From: a virus
Strand: one strand, 5' to 3'
Length of the DNA: 64,000 nucleotides
IMG/VR virus record: IMGVR_UViG_3300025057_000004
Coordinates: 1 to 64,000 of that record
The stretch's first letter is position 1, and the number at the start of each line of letters is the position of its first letter. The notes below the pieces were generated by a model. That model had not been told where the DNA came from and did not search any database. It was given only the letters and a program-made list of their open reading frames with translations. The position numbers and the translations under genes were made by a program. Of this stretch, positions 1-9,971 are shown piece by piece.

Positions 1-593
1 GAACCCATTGTCTTTGCTGAACGATCCCCAAAAGATCTTATCTGTGAAAGAACAGGGGTCAATGTGTTTGATGCTGAGACAATAAGATCCAATGATATCT
101 TAGTAGCATTATTTCCACCCTTACTGAAATTAAAATCCTTGGATAATTGATAGGTAGTGGATACTGAAGTATCCAATACTGTCTGCGTACCAAAGCTTAC
201 TTTGAAATCATATTTTGATGAGAGAGCATCCGCTGCATAATCTCCTATTAACATAAAATTGAATCTTATAATATCTCCTACACCATTGATGTTCTGATCA
301 TTTCCATTTATTATTAGGGAAACAACAGGGTCATCAGGGTCTGCACCATAAGTTGATGCAGTAACATCTTTTTGAACAACGTCCGTAAAAAGTACATTAC
401 TATCCCCATTAGTCCCTGTAAAACTTACTACATAAGGGTCTACACCTGTACCTGAACCTATTACAGAAATATTAGTTCCTGCATTTATAGTTGTTGCACC
501 ATCGGCACCATCTGCTCCGTCAGCACCTGCTGGACCTTGTGCTAATTGAACACTTTCATCAAAGCATCCGTCATTACATCCTACACAACTCAT
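1..593 (-). CDS. Tail fibre/appendage-like structural protein, partial (runs off window start)
   Basis: Not in ORF track; my translation from ATG 593: MSCVGCNDGCFDESVQLAQGPAGADGADGADGATTINAGTNISVIGSGTGVDPYVV...; short collagen-like G-X-Y run; downstream of capsid/tail genes. Confidence 0.6.
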   Translation of the reverse strand, partial: MSCVGCNDGCFDESVQLAQGPAGADGADGADGATTINAGTNISVIGSGTGVDPYVVSFTGTNGDSNVLFTDVVQKDVTASTYGADPDDPVVSLIINGNDQNINGVGDIIRFNFMLIGDYAADALSSKYDFKVSFGTQTVLDTSVSTTYQLSKDFNFSKGGNNATKISLDLIVSASNTLTPVLSQIRSFGDRSAKTMG

Positions 594-603
594 TATCTAT
601 GTA

Positions 604-1158
604 TTATGAACAACCGCAGCCTGAAGTAGTATCGTCCACCTCACACAGTTGTTGTAGTCTTGTTAATATCTCTGTTGCCTGTGATTCGCTGCATCCATTT
701 GCAGAATACAACATAGAGTTGTAAAGATTCCACATATGCATCAGCGAGGCAATTCTTTCACTGTCTTTGCAAATATCAAAGTCATTCATCTCCAACATCT
801 TGTTAAAGACACAACACTTTATCTTGCAATATGTAAATATTTTTATGGTAACACTTACAGGCTCTGTAGCTTCAGTGTCCAATGTGTATGTTATGGTATT
901 CCAACCATCAGGAAGACTTACAGTAATATCATCGAATGTAAAGTCTCCTGTTACTGTAGATGGTACTTCATCAGTTACTACAGAATCAGTACCATTAACA
1001 GTTATAGTGGCAACAAAACCTGCGTCATCTGCATCAATGTTAGGTGAACCCCAACCTGTCAGATTATCAGGATCGTTGTAGGCACCTGTTGTATCAGTTA
1101 CCCTCAGTTTTGTACAGTTCTCTACAGAACATGCTTTTATTGTAGGTTTAAGTGCCAT
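604..1158 (-). CDS. Virion structural protein, tail hub-like (beta-rich N-terminus, Cys-rich helical C-terminus ending GCGCS)
   Basis: 184 aa; position after the auxiliary capsid gene matches crAss-like gene order; function inferred from synteny. Confidence 0.5.
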   Translation of the reverse strand: MALKPTIKACSVENCTKLRVTDTTGAYNDPDNLTGWGSPNIDADDAGFVATITVNGTDSVVTDEVPSTVTGDFTFDDITVSLPDGWNTITYTLDTEATEPVSVTIKIFTYCKIKCCVFNKMLEMNDFDICKDSERIASLMHMWNLYNSMLYSANGCSESQATEILTRLQQLCEVDDTTSGCGCS

Positions 1159-1173
1159 TTAAAGTTTTAGGTT

Positions 1174-1221
1174 AAAAAAAATAGAGTGTAGGAAATCCCC
1201 GAAGGGACTTCCTTTACTCTA
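1174..1221 (-). terminator. Intrinsic terminator after the capsid gene block
   Basis: Minus strand AGAGUAAAGGAAGUCCC-UUCG-GGGAUUUCCUACACUCU followed by a U-tract. Confidence 0.8.
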
Positions 1222-1229
1222 AATTAAAT

Positions 1230-2555
1230 TTACGGTACTAGAGTCGCGCTTACTTGTGCGTTAGCTGGAATAATAAATTCCAACAAATCACAAAGCCCGT
1301 CAGTAGGAGTAACTGCGTAAGCAGCAGCAATTGGCCCTCCTGCGACAGGTACTGGAATAGCAATTACAAGCTCCTTTGGAGAAACTTCATTCTGGAAAGA
1401 TACAACTCGTGTATCACTCCATTTCAAAGTGATAAGACCGTAACCTGCAGCTGAAAGATCAGCAAGAAGGTCTTCGTCAATATCAAAGATGAATGGTGAT
1501 CCCATTTCGTAAGACTCAGACATGAATCTTGCAAGGAAGTTCTCAAGCTGTGCAACAGATTCTGGAGTACCTGAACCTTCAGATGCATTAGCAGTATTTG
1601 CAGCAGCAGTAGAACCAAAAGATTCACTCAAGCTAACATCAAAACGGCACTTAGCGTATCGTTTTTTGCTTCTGTTGAAAGGAAGAGCAGTTCCGTCAAG
1701 AACAATACCCCAATCAGCAGCAGCTCCTAAAGCAGCACTAATTGTTTCTGCGTTACCTGCAGTAAGTGTAGCACTTGCCTCAAGAACTTCAGAATCAACA
1801 GTAATTGTGTTATTTGCTTGATCTACAGCAACAACTTTGTAAACAGCATCAGTTTGAGCTGTACCAAAACGCACATAAGCTCCTACAGGAAGCTGAGTAG
1901 CAATACCTGCTCCTGAAGCTCCTACAAGAGCAGAACCTTTAGTAGTTGTAAGTGTGCCTGTACTTGCTGCAGTTACAACACCTGCATCGCTGCAAAGAGC
2001 TTTAGCTACAATCGGCTTGTCTCCGTCAGAGTTGCTTACTTCACGATTAAAGTTCTTGTTTACAGAACTTCTAATACCCAAAGCGATCTCAGCTTGTCCG
2101 TCAGTCAATTGTGACTGATAGTAACCTGCTTTCAGTTTTTCACTATCTGTACCTGAAAGAAACTGATGTACAAGAATTGTTACCTTGTAAAGTTCTCCTG
2201 CGTATGTAGCAACGTCAGCAATAAGACCGCTTGTTCCGTTGTACCCGATAGCAAGAGATTGTTCGGTTGCTACATCATTTGTTTTTGCATTTGCAACAGT
2301 TACTTTAGAACCATCAATAAGATCTGATACTAGAGGTGCTTTACCTGCTCCTCTACTTACAGCAATAACAAACTCCATTCCGGCTGAAATGTTTAAGTTA
2401 ACTGTATTTACACGTGTACCTTCTTTGGTAAACACGCCTATTTCGCCTTCAGCGGCTTCAAACGCAGCAGATTTAAGGTCAGTAGCTCCCAATGCTACAG
2501 GAGTTTTACCGATGATAATCTGTCTTGCGTTATTAATTGCACTTGGTGCACTCAT
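1230..2555 (-). CDS. Auxiliary (stabilising) capsid protein
   Basis: 441 aa, A/G/T/V-rich; a few genes downstream of MCP and followed by a strong terminator, like the crAss001 auxiliary capsid gene. Confidence 0.6.
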   Translation of the reverse strand: MSAPSAINNARQIIIGKTPVALGATDLKSAAFEAAEGEIGVFTKEGTRVNTVNLNISAGMEFVIAVSRGAGKAPLVSDLIDGSKVTVANAKTNDVATEQSLAIGYNGTSGLIADVATYAGELYKVTILVHQFLSGTDSEKLKAGYYQSQLTDGQAEIALGIRSSVNKNFNREVSNSDGDKPIVAKALCSDAGVVTAASTGTLTTTKGSALVGASGAGIATQLPVGAYVRFGTAQTDAVYKVVAVDQANNTITVDSEVLEASATLTAGNAETISAALGAAADWGIVLDGTALPFNRSKKRYAKCRFDVSLSESFGSTAAANTANASEGSGTPESVAQLENFLARFMSESYEMGSPFIFDIDEDLLADLSAAGYGLITLKWSDTRVVSFQNEVSPKELVIAIPVPVAGGPIAAAYAVTPTDGLCDLLEFIIPANAQVSATLVP

Positions 2556-2626
2556 TTTTCCTATTTTTTAGGGTTATAAAAATCAAATCATTCCCTCTTA
2601 TATAAGCGGAGAGTCGCTTTTTATCA

Positions 2627-3097
2627 TTAAGCTACTACTGGAGTGGCTCCTGTACCTAAAAGGCTCGAAGTGTCAACTAATACCCATTCAGTGCCGTTCC
2701 ACACAAGTGTTACTTCATCACCTACATTGCTGAATGTAATAGTAGTTCCTTGTGCAAAATTCACTGGAGTAAGCGTTCCGTCACCTCCATAATTAACCAT
2801 TTTTACTTTCTTCAACTGTCCTGCGACCGTACCGTCAGCAAGTGTGTAAGCATTTGCACCTGTGGTAGCGATGTTACTCTTATACTGCGTAAGCGTGATA
2901 GCTCCTGGCCCTACAAGAAACTGTGGTGCGGCAGCGACAATTATACCTACTACGGAATTAGTTGGTGGTTGAGTAGGAAACAACGATAATACGTCATCTA
3001 CAACCTCGTTGAACTGCTTGCTATAGACGTAAAAACGTGCGTTGTCCTTTCCAGGTAAAAAATTAGCCTTAGTTACTTTTTTTAACCAATTACTCAT
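2627..3097 (-). CDS. Head fibre/decoration-like protein
   Basis: 156 aa, beta-rich C-terminal domain (TITFSNVGDEVTLVWNGTEWVLV) of the kind seen in phage fibre tips; structural module. Confidence 0.45.
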   Translation of the reverse strand: MSNWLKKVTKANFLPGKDNARFYVYSKQFNEVVDDVLSLFPTQPPTNSVVGIIVAAAPQFLVGPGAITLTQYKSNIATTGANAYTLADGTVAGQLKKVKMVNYGGDGTLTPVNFAQGTTITFSNVGDEVTLVWNGTEWVLVDTSSLLGTGATPVVA

Positions 3098-3831
3098 TAT
3101 TCAATTATTTTAGAATTTTCAATCATCTTAGACTGCAAACCAGGTCTATCGGTTGTTTGCATTGCAAGTTCAACAGCAAGATCTGCAATCTTTTCGTGAT
3201 GCATCTCATCAAACTCACAGAAAGTATTAGGATCTGTAAGATCAATGTTTCTTGGTGCTCTATAATAGGACACCCTATAATTATCAGGAGTTGCACCATC
3301 AAAAAGGATCACTTCGTGTCTTTTACTGTTGGTTGCACTTACCTGATTGGTTATATCATCTCTTTCTCTGTCAAACCTCCACACAAGTTCCTCGTAAGGA
3401 CGCTTGTATGGATTCTTGACGTTTGCATTATAGTAATCCTCTCTGATAGGTTTTACAGGTATTCTTGAATCTGAGATCGTATCACCACAACTGTTAGTAT
3501 AGCTGATATCAATCTCTTCTTTCAAAGTTACCCAAAAATCTTCAGGAAGATCTACAAAGTATGAGTTAGGATGATCTCCTACTGCAAAAGGTGGTGTAAG
3601 TGTAATTACATCGTGAGCTTTCAACTGCACAAGATCCTTTGAACGCTTTTCGCTCTCCTCTGCACCTTTACGTGTAGGATTGCCAAATTCGTTATACAAT
3701 GATTTAGCGAAAACCTTTTGAGCCTTATTGAAAAGCTTTACAAGGTCATCATCATCATAACCAGGAGCGTCCTGCGATGCATACGCATCATAACGCAATC
3801 TCATGTAGTCCAATATCTCAGTTACGGTCAT
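3097..3831 (-). CDS. Tail ring / head-tail adaptor protein
   Basis: 244 aa; LFNKAQ N-terminal helix and YYRAP...CEFDEMHHEKIADLAV C-terminus resemble crAss-like ring proteins; synteny. Confidence 0.65.
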   Translation of the reverse strand: MTVTEILDYMRLRYDAYASQDAPGYDDDDLVKLFNKAQKVFAKSLYNEFGNPTRKGAEESEKRSKDLVQLKAHDVITLTPPFAVGDHPNSYFVDLPEDFWVTLKEEIDISYTNSCGDTISDSRIPVKPIREDYYNANVKNPYKRPYEELVWRFDRERDDITNQVSATNSKRHEVILFDGATPDNYRVSYYRAPRNIDLTDPNTFCEFDEMHHEKIADLAVELAMQTTDRPGLQSKMIENSKIIE

Positions 3832-4733
3832 TACTTACCTTCTGCTCTTGCAATCATTGTTTCAATCAAGATACGATGATCACTATTTTGTTTGTTATTC
3901 AGGAAAGCAATAGTCGCTGTAAGATCTACACCCATGAGATCTCCTCCCATTGTGCGATATGCAGTACCATCTTTCTGAATAGCATTATATGTCAATCCTT
4001 TTGTAATAAGAACTCTCGTCATAAGGTCTTTGTCGTTGACAACCTCAATGAATCTTTTAGGATTGCTTGCAATGAAATCTCCGATCTGTCCTTGTAACCA
4101 GATAAGTGTCGAATTAGGTGACACACGCTGATTCGTAAGTAAGAACAAGATGTCTGAAAGTGCAACTTTATCTTCGCGGATCTTACCATACTCAAGGTAT
4201 GCGTCAGCAATAAGATTTGCAGTTGCAGATTTGTTATTGTCCTCGTAACCCTCATCAACGATCATATACTTATAAGATGCTTTACGCTGTGCACTGTATG
4301 CATCAGGAGCAATAAAGTCCTTATTAAGTAACAATACTTTATAAGTAATGTAATCCATAGGATCTGATAGATCAAGAGTTCGTGGATCTTTACCGAGTTT
4401 TACAGGTTTGAATGTACTTTTCCAAAAGTTATTTTCACGCTTATGTACAGAAAGATCACCCTCTTTAATAGAAAGTCCAGGATGCGACTCAAGCATATCC
4501 TGTTCTTCACTTGTAAGCGGATTAATGTACGATCCGTTCATTGCGTTCTTTGGTACTGTAAAAGTATTCATTGAGTGCTGATATAGAAATTCAGCTTCGT
4601 GACCTTTCGGTAACCATGTCTTTTTAACCACAGGTAATACTGTGACCTTTTTTCTTGGTAAGGAGAATGCAGGAGCAGTCATTTCGACCGCCCCTGTTTC
4701 TACCTCAGTTTTTGTTGTACGCTTCTTAGCCAT
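3831..4733 (-). CDS. Conserved crAss-like protein following MCP
   Basis: 300 aa; LDLSDPMDYITYKVL motif; immediately downstream of MCP. Confidence 0.6.
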   Translation of the reverse strand: MAKKRTTKTEVETGAVEMTAPAFSLPRKKVTVLPVVKKTWLPKGHEAEFLYQHSMNTFTVPKNAMNGSYINPLTSEEQDMLESHPGLSIKEGDLSVHKRENNFWKSTFKPVKLGKDPRTLDLSDPMDYITYKVLLLNKDFIAPDAYSAQRKASYKYMIVDEGYEDNNKSATANLIADAYLEYGKIREDKVALSDILFLLTNQRVSPNSTLIWLQGQIGDFIASNPKRFIEVVNDKDLMTRVLITKGLTYNAIQKDGTAYRTMGGDLMGVDLTATIAFLNNKQNSDHRILIETMIARAEGK

Positions 4734-4764
4734 TGTTATTCCCTCTTCTAAACGTTAGCAATTA

Positions 4765-6273
4765 TCAATACAAGATATTAGGAATAAGTGACTTAGTACG
4801 ACTTGGGTCGTAAACAGCAACACCTACCTGACATCCTCTGTGTACGGTATAACCGTCAGTTGAATGTGACATCTGTGACATCTTACCTGTTGGAGAGTAA
4901 GGATCTCTCAATCCTGGCTCGTAACCGTAGATGTTATCACTGTTCTTCACATAGAACTTCTGAATGTTCGGCTCTCCGTTAGTAGTACCGATATCCATGA
5001 TATCGTAACGGTAAGACTCAGCAACACCACCATTCGGGTGAAGAATCTTGTTACGCTCTCTGTCATCGTACATAGAATCTACAGAGATAGAGAAACGGAT
5101 TCCGTTAGGTCCCATATAATCTAGGAACTGACCTCCGTAACCGTATGTCATAGATACACCTGCCATCCCTCCGTTCTCAGAAGTAGAGAACATACGAGTA
5201 GCATCAAACAATGGTCTGAACAACTGTGCATAATTTTCTAATGCAAGGTGGAACTGTACAGCTCCTCGCTCACCTGTTCTTGCTACAAAGTGTCGTTGGT
5301 CAGTAGGAAGTTTTCCTTCAGAAAGATCCATCAATGTAGATAGCAACCACTCGATAGAGAAATCACTGTAGAACTCAGTACCTGAAGACTCCATCTGCTG
5401 ACGGATACCTGCACCTTGCTTTTTAACGTGACCTGACTTACCGAAGTTGTAGTATTGACCGTTTGTTCCTCTGTTAGAACGTCCGAACATCATCAATCTG
5501 TTCTTTTCAAGACGATACTGCTGATCGAATACGTAATCCTCATACTGCATCCAAGTAACGAAGTTCTCAAGCTTTCCGCTTTTTGCATCCTTTACTTTGA
5601 ATCCTGTAGCAAATGGTCGGTTAACCATGTTTCCAGGAAGTGTATGCTGCATACGGATCATTGAGAAAGTGTTTCTCATTCCAAATGGAGACTCGAAGTT
5701 GATACCACCACCTTTCTTAGAAAGAGTAGATTCAACAAGAGACCACTCACGGCTCCATCTTTTACCTGCTGCAAGTTCTTCAACTGGTACGAAAAGATCA
5801 GGATCTCCAGTGATCAATTTCACTTCGTAGATCCAGTTAGTACCATCAGCTACAGGCTCAGACTGAATCTGTAGTGAATACAATTCATTCTTATGACCAA
5901 CAATGATATGCTCATCAGTGAACCATCTTTCTGGGAAAACCAAGTAGAAAGAAGTTACGTTCTTTCCTGGCTCATCACCTACTGCAACTGGTAACCCTGT
6001 TGGAGTCAATCGTGCTTCGATCAAAGGAACGTTTTTCTTACCGCTTCCGATAAGTTCCCAAGTGAAGTCATCATCAGTATCAAGATATTTTACCTTGTAC
6101 TTAGATAGTTGAGAATCCAAGTCTACACCAAAATTGGTAGTGTGGATTCTTCGCATGATATCAGTAGCCTTCTGTGGACGACCCTGATAGATGCTATGCA
6201 AGTGATTCGCAGTTGTCAATCCTGACCAGTGCTGCGCATCATACATTTGAAATTCTGAAAATTGAAGTGCCAT
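4765..6273 (-). CDS. Major capsid protein (crAss-like)
   Basis: 502 aa; WSGLTTANHL N-terminus, GAGIRQQ, TGERGAVQF, HPNGGVAESYRYDI motifs recalled from crAss-like MCPs; order TerL-portal-scaffold-MCP. Confidence 0.9.
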   Translation of the reverse strand: MALQFSEFQMYDAQHWSGLTTANHLHSIYQGRPQKATDIMRRIHTTNFGVDLDSQLSKYKVKYLDTDDDFTWELIGSGKKNVPLIEARLTPTGLPVAVGDEPGKNVTSFYLVFPERWFTDEHIIVGHKNELYSLQIQSEPVADGTNWIYEVKLITGDPDLFVPVEELAAGKRWSREWSLVESTLSKKGGGINFESPFGMRNTFSMIRMQHTLPGNMVNRPFATGFKVKDAKSGKLENFVTWMQYEDYVFDQQYRLEKNRLMMFGRSNRGTNGQYYNFGKSGHVKKQGAGIRQQMESSGTEFYSDFSIEWLLSTLMDLSEGKLPTDQRHFVARTGERGAVQFHLALENYAQLFRPLFDATRMFSTSENGGMAGVSMTYGYGGQFLDYMGPNGIRFSISVDSMYDDRERNKILHPNGGVAESYRYDIMDIGTTNGEPNIQKFYVKNSDNIYGYEPGLRDPYSPTGKMSQMSHSTDGYTVHRGCQVGVAVYDPSRTKSLIPNILY

Positions 6274-6303
6274 GTTTTTAAATGGGTATTATTTCAAATT
6301 CTA

Positions 6304-7515
6304 TTAAATATCTGCACCGTCAAGCATGCGGAGGTAATTCTCCTTCATTTCTCTTTCGGTGATACTCTCAAGGGAAGCTCCCCTCCCTGCTTCATAGATC
6401 CCTTCAGTTGAAAGGCTCTTTTCAAGTTCCTCTACAGCACTGCTCATAGAGCGTCTTGTGAAGAGGGACAAGTCAGGTTTCTCGTCAAAGAGACCCATTT
6501 TAATAAAGTAGTGCAACCGCGTATCAAAATTGAACGGATTCTCACTACGTTTATCACTTACGGTGGTTCGCAACTGACCGTTTTCATTCCTACCCGTAGG
6601 ATTTGTCATTGCTTCTGCCATCCATTTTGCAGTTTCTTCGTTAACAGGCATACCAGGAAGAACTTCTTTCAATTCAGCAACTCTTTTAAAAAGATCCTGA
6701 CGAGAGTTCTCGTGTTGTTGTTGAGTCTGTTTTGCCTGTTCGATCTCTGCTTGTTTTCTTTGTGCTGCAATACTTTTAAGACTGCTTAATGCAAGTTTTG
6801 CATCTGCCTCATCATCACCTGAGTTGAATGATTGACGAGTACGTCTTTCAGCATCTGCCTGTGAATAACCACGGGCTATAAGATCATTATAGATAAGATT
6901 CTGTCGGATATTCTTCTTAGTATCGGCAACATCTTCATCATCCATATCAGATTCAATAAAACGATCTTCTGTGAAGTCTGCCAGCTTGGTTTCCGCATTA
7001 TGATGTTTTACAACATTCTCAAGTGGAACTCCCGCACGAATAGCATCAAGTGCCTGTCTTGTACGGTCATCAAGATCAGAGTACTCATTCTGTTTAATGG
7101 TACCTTTGATCATCTCAGCAAGCTTTGGAATATCTACGTCCTTGATGTCCTCCTCAGTTACACCAGTAAGAACACCGTCCTTTTGGAGTGCCGAGGCAAG
7201 CCTCGTCAAGAGATGAGGAGAAGAGGGAGCACTGTCAGAGGACGGCTTATCTTCAGGTAAAGTGAATGTGGTATCTCCCTCCTTTTCGGAACCACTGATC
7301 GCATTTTTCAATGTGACCTCAAATGTACCTGCATCGGAAGTAGCATCTTCTGCCTCAGTGCTTTCACCGTCTGTAGTATTCGCTGATTTTACGGCAGCGT
7401 CTGCAGCAGAGCTTGGTGCGTCTTCCTTTAATTCAATCTCAAAGGTTCCAGCATCTTCGACACCATCGATGTCAAAGCTAAAACCTAAATCGTTTTCGTT
7501 GTTTTGAAACTCCAT
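6304..7515 (-). CDS. Capsid scaffolding-like protein
   Basis: 403 aa, acidic low-complexity N-terminus, helical C-terminus; between portal and MCP. Confidence 0.65.
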   Translation of the reverse strand: MEFQNNENDLGFSFDIDGVEDAGTFEIELKEDAPSSAADAAVKSANTTDGESTEAEDATSDAGTFEVTLKNAISGSEKEGDTTFTLPEDKPSSDSAPSSPHLLTRLASALQKDGVLTGVTEEDIKDVDIPKLAEMIKGTIKQNEYSDLDDRTRQALDAIRAGVPLENVVKHHNAETKLADFTEDRFIESDMDDEDVADTKKNIRQNLIYNDLIARGYSQADAERRTRQSFNSGDDEADAKLALSSLKSIAAQRKQAEIEQAKQTQQQHENSRQDLFKRVAELKEVLPGMPVNEETAKWMAEAMTNPTGRNENGQLRTTVSDKRSENPFNFDTRLHYFIKMGLFDEKPDLSLFTRRSMSSAVEELEKSLSTEGIYEAGRGASLESITEREMKENYLRMLDGADI

Positions 7516-7525
7516 TTCTAATTTA

Positions 7526-7556
7526 CAAAATTAAGTCAATTAATATCTGATGTCAA
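7526..7556 (-). promoter_or_regulatory. Bacteroidota housekeeping-sigma promoter for scaffold/MCP operon
   Basis: Minus strand TTG(ACA)-N20-TAATTTTG, matching the -33 TTG / -7 TAnnTTTG consensus, 10 nt upstream of ATG 7515. Confidence 0.75.
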
Positions 7557-7580
7557 TACCCTCTTCTAGTTTAACAACCT

Positions 7581-9971
7581 TTACTTTATAGACTTTTCAG
7601 ATTTCATCCTTTCGATTTCCTCTTTAGATTCTCTATCAAGCTCATTTTGTTGTGCCTCGTGTTGCAATTCCTTAGAGAGTTTCTCAACATCTGCTTTTGT
7701 TTTAATGAGAGTATCTGAACTCTCGGTCATCTTAAGGTCTCTCTGAAGTTCAGCTTTTACTCTTTCAAGTTCAATCTTCCCATCATTCCTTACCTTCTCT
7801 AATTGCATTGCAATATCTGCTTTGAATTGCTCTGCCTGTTTATTTCCTTCCTGTCTCATCTGCTCAACCTGCTGCATTGCTTGTTGTTGCTGTGCTTGCA
7901 GTTCTTGCTGTTGTTGCATCTGTTGTTGTTGCTCCTGCAACTTCTGACGTTCAGCAGTTTCGATCTTACGTCTCACCGAACTGATACTCGGATCTGTCAT
8001 AATATCCATAATCTGAGAGAAGTTCACTTTATCATTCTGCAGTCCTGCCTGTGCTAACTGCATCAACATCTGTTGCATTTGAGAGTATTCAAGACTATTA
8101 TTCACAGTAAGACCGTAATCAATCTCACGTATCGCATTACCATCTATCTCAGAAAGCACCTGAGACATATCATCTGTAATGTACTGTACGTTGATCTTAC
8201 GTCCTCTGTATGCGTGTTTTGCAACTTCAAGTGCTGCCTTCAATACCGCAACCTTTATTCTATCGTGAAACTGAAAGTAAAGTTCAGTGATATGCGATGA
8301 CTGCATTACAGAACGTTGCGTGTTACCCACAAGCTCACTACTTGAGATAGCACCTTCTCTCTGACGACTTACACCTGAGATGTTACTGATCTCTTCTTTA
8401 ATAAAGTTAAGAATGTACATGTTCTGCTGCAGATAGTTACCCATATCAAAGTTCATAGGGCTTCTATTGGCATTCATGTTACCTGCAATCGTTCCAGTAG
8501 CTGCACCCTTACGTGCTTCTTTAAAAGAATCTATCGGTAACCATCCCATCTTATCTGCAAAGTAGAGTGCATCCTCTATCTCCCAACTTTCAGGAATCAT
8601 TGCAAGATCCAAGTATCCTACAACTCCCTTATGTTTAGTAAGTGTTTCCCATTGTTTGAACATCAAGAAGTCATAGTAGTAAGAGTAAGGCTTCATACGA
8701 CCCATCAATGATGTTGTCGGCTCACCTTCCTGTGTATAGTCACCACCTACATATGGACACAATGTACCTGTAGGGTTATTGATACCGTATGCCTTTACAG
8801 GAAACGGACGCATCTTAACAAAGATACTCTCACCGATACGTGTACCTTCCCACCAATCAGTTACCCAAATGTATTTCTCAATCTCCTCACCTCGCTCAAC
8901 ACGTGGTTTGTAGAACTCATCAACGAATCTGTATAGCTGCTCACCTGTCTTACGGTCATAATATTTTAGTTTACCGATCTTTCGATAAGACCTCCACACT
9001 ACACGTGTAACAAGAACAGCACCATCCTCACTGATAGGAGATAGTAACGTATCTGCTGTTGCAGTTGACGGTGTAAGATTACCATCTGCATCTTCGATCA
9101 TACTGAACGTACCTGCTACAAGATCTGGTTCTCTACCCTGTGCTACTGCTTCGTCAGCACCTGAGTTCATTGTAACACCCATTCTTTCTATTTCAGAGAC
9201 CTCATCACTTGTAAGATAATCAGAGTAGTCATCTACCACATTACCCTTTGAATGATAACCCCACTCAAGAATAATATCTGCATCCTGAATATCAGGTGAC
9301 TGACCCTTACGTATGATACGCACGTTTGCAGGGTTACACTTACGCACTCTTGGTTCACCATTTACAATGTCAAGTGCATACACCTCTCTACCTGCAACAA
9401 GACCGTCAAGGAATCCCATGTTCCACTTGTACTTCAGGTTCTCCTTCTCCATTATATGATTAAGTAGATCCGTAGCACGTTTCTCACGTATGTCCTGATA
9501 ATCATATCTTAGGTAGTTATCAAGTTCCTGTATCTTCTCAGCCATCTGATCCTGCGGTGTCTTAGACATCACAAACTCAAGAAACTGATCATTGATCATC
9601 TTTTTGATATCCTGCTCCTTTTCAGTTACAGCATCTTGATTAATGACACGTACTTTCCAATCAAACTTACGCTTCATCTCCTCACCAAGCAGTAGATTTA
9701 TCTTACTGTTTGCTACAGGGTAGTGTTGCGGTTCAAATGGAAAATCATTGTTGTTAATACCAAAAGGGTCACACATACTCAACATATCATCTGTGTTAAG
9801 TATATTATTGTAGAGATCCATGTTTGTACGGATCTCATAATAGTCATCACGGAAACTACCCGTGTAAAGTCCCATGTCAGAAGCTGCTCTTACACAACTT
9901 TCTGCCCACTTTTTATCTTTTTGCCGTTCTGTCTTTTTCTGAAACGGAAATTCTTCTTGTCCTAGTGTCAT
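7581..9971 (-). CDS. Portal protein
   Basis: 796 aa; KINLLLGEE, WWEGTRIG, ISGVSRQREG motifs; Q-rich coiled-coil C-terminus; directly after TerL. Confidence 0.9.
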   Translation of the reverse strand: MTLGQEEFPFQKKTERQKDKKWAESCVRAASDMGLYTGSFRDDYYEIRTNMDLYNNILNTDDMLSMCDPFGINNNDFPFEPQHYPVANSKINLLLGEEMKRKFDWKVRVINQDAVTEKEQDIKKMINDQFLEFVMSKTPQDQMAEKIQELDNYLRYDYQDIREKRATDLLNHIMEKENLKYKWNMGFLDGLVAGREVYALDIVNGEPRVRKCNPANVRIIRKGQSPDIQDADIILEWGYHSKGNVVDDYSDYLTSDEVSEIERMGVTMNSGADEAVAQGREPDLVAGTFSMIEDADGNLTPSTATADTLLSPISEDGAVLVTRVVWRSYRKIGKLKYYDRKTGEQLYRFVDEFYKPRVERGEEIEKYIWVTDWWEGTRIGESIFVKMRPFPVKAYGINNPTGTLCPYVGGDYTQEGEPTTSLMGRMKPYSYYYDFLMFKQWETLTKHKGVVGYLDLAMIPESWEIEDALYFADKMGWLPIDSFKEARKGAATGTIAGNMNANRSPMNFDMGNYLQQNMYILNFIKEEISNISGVSRQREGAISSSELVGNTQRSVMQSSHITELYFQFHDRIKVAVLKAALEVAKHAYRGRKINVQYITDDMSQVLSEIDGNAIREIDYGLTVNNSLEYSQMQQMLMQLAQAGLQNDKVNFSQIMDIMTDPSISSVRRKIETAERQKLQEQQQQMQQQQELQAQQQQAMQQVEQMRQEGNKQAEQFKADIAMQLEKVRNDGKIELERVKAELQRDLKMTESSDTLIKTKADVEKLSKELQHEAQQNELDRESKEEIERMKSEKSIK

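Noticed and set aside
7860-7945. CAA/CAG-rich repeat as a microsatellite or contingency locus
   Set aside because: It is the imperfect, in-frame Gln-rich coiled coil of the portal protein.
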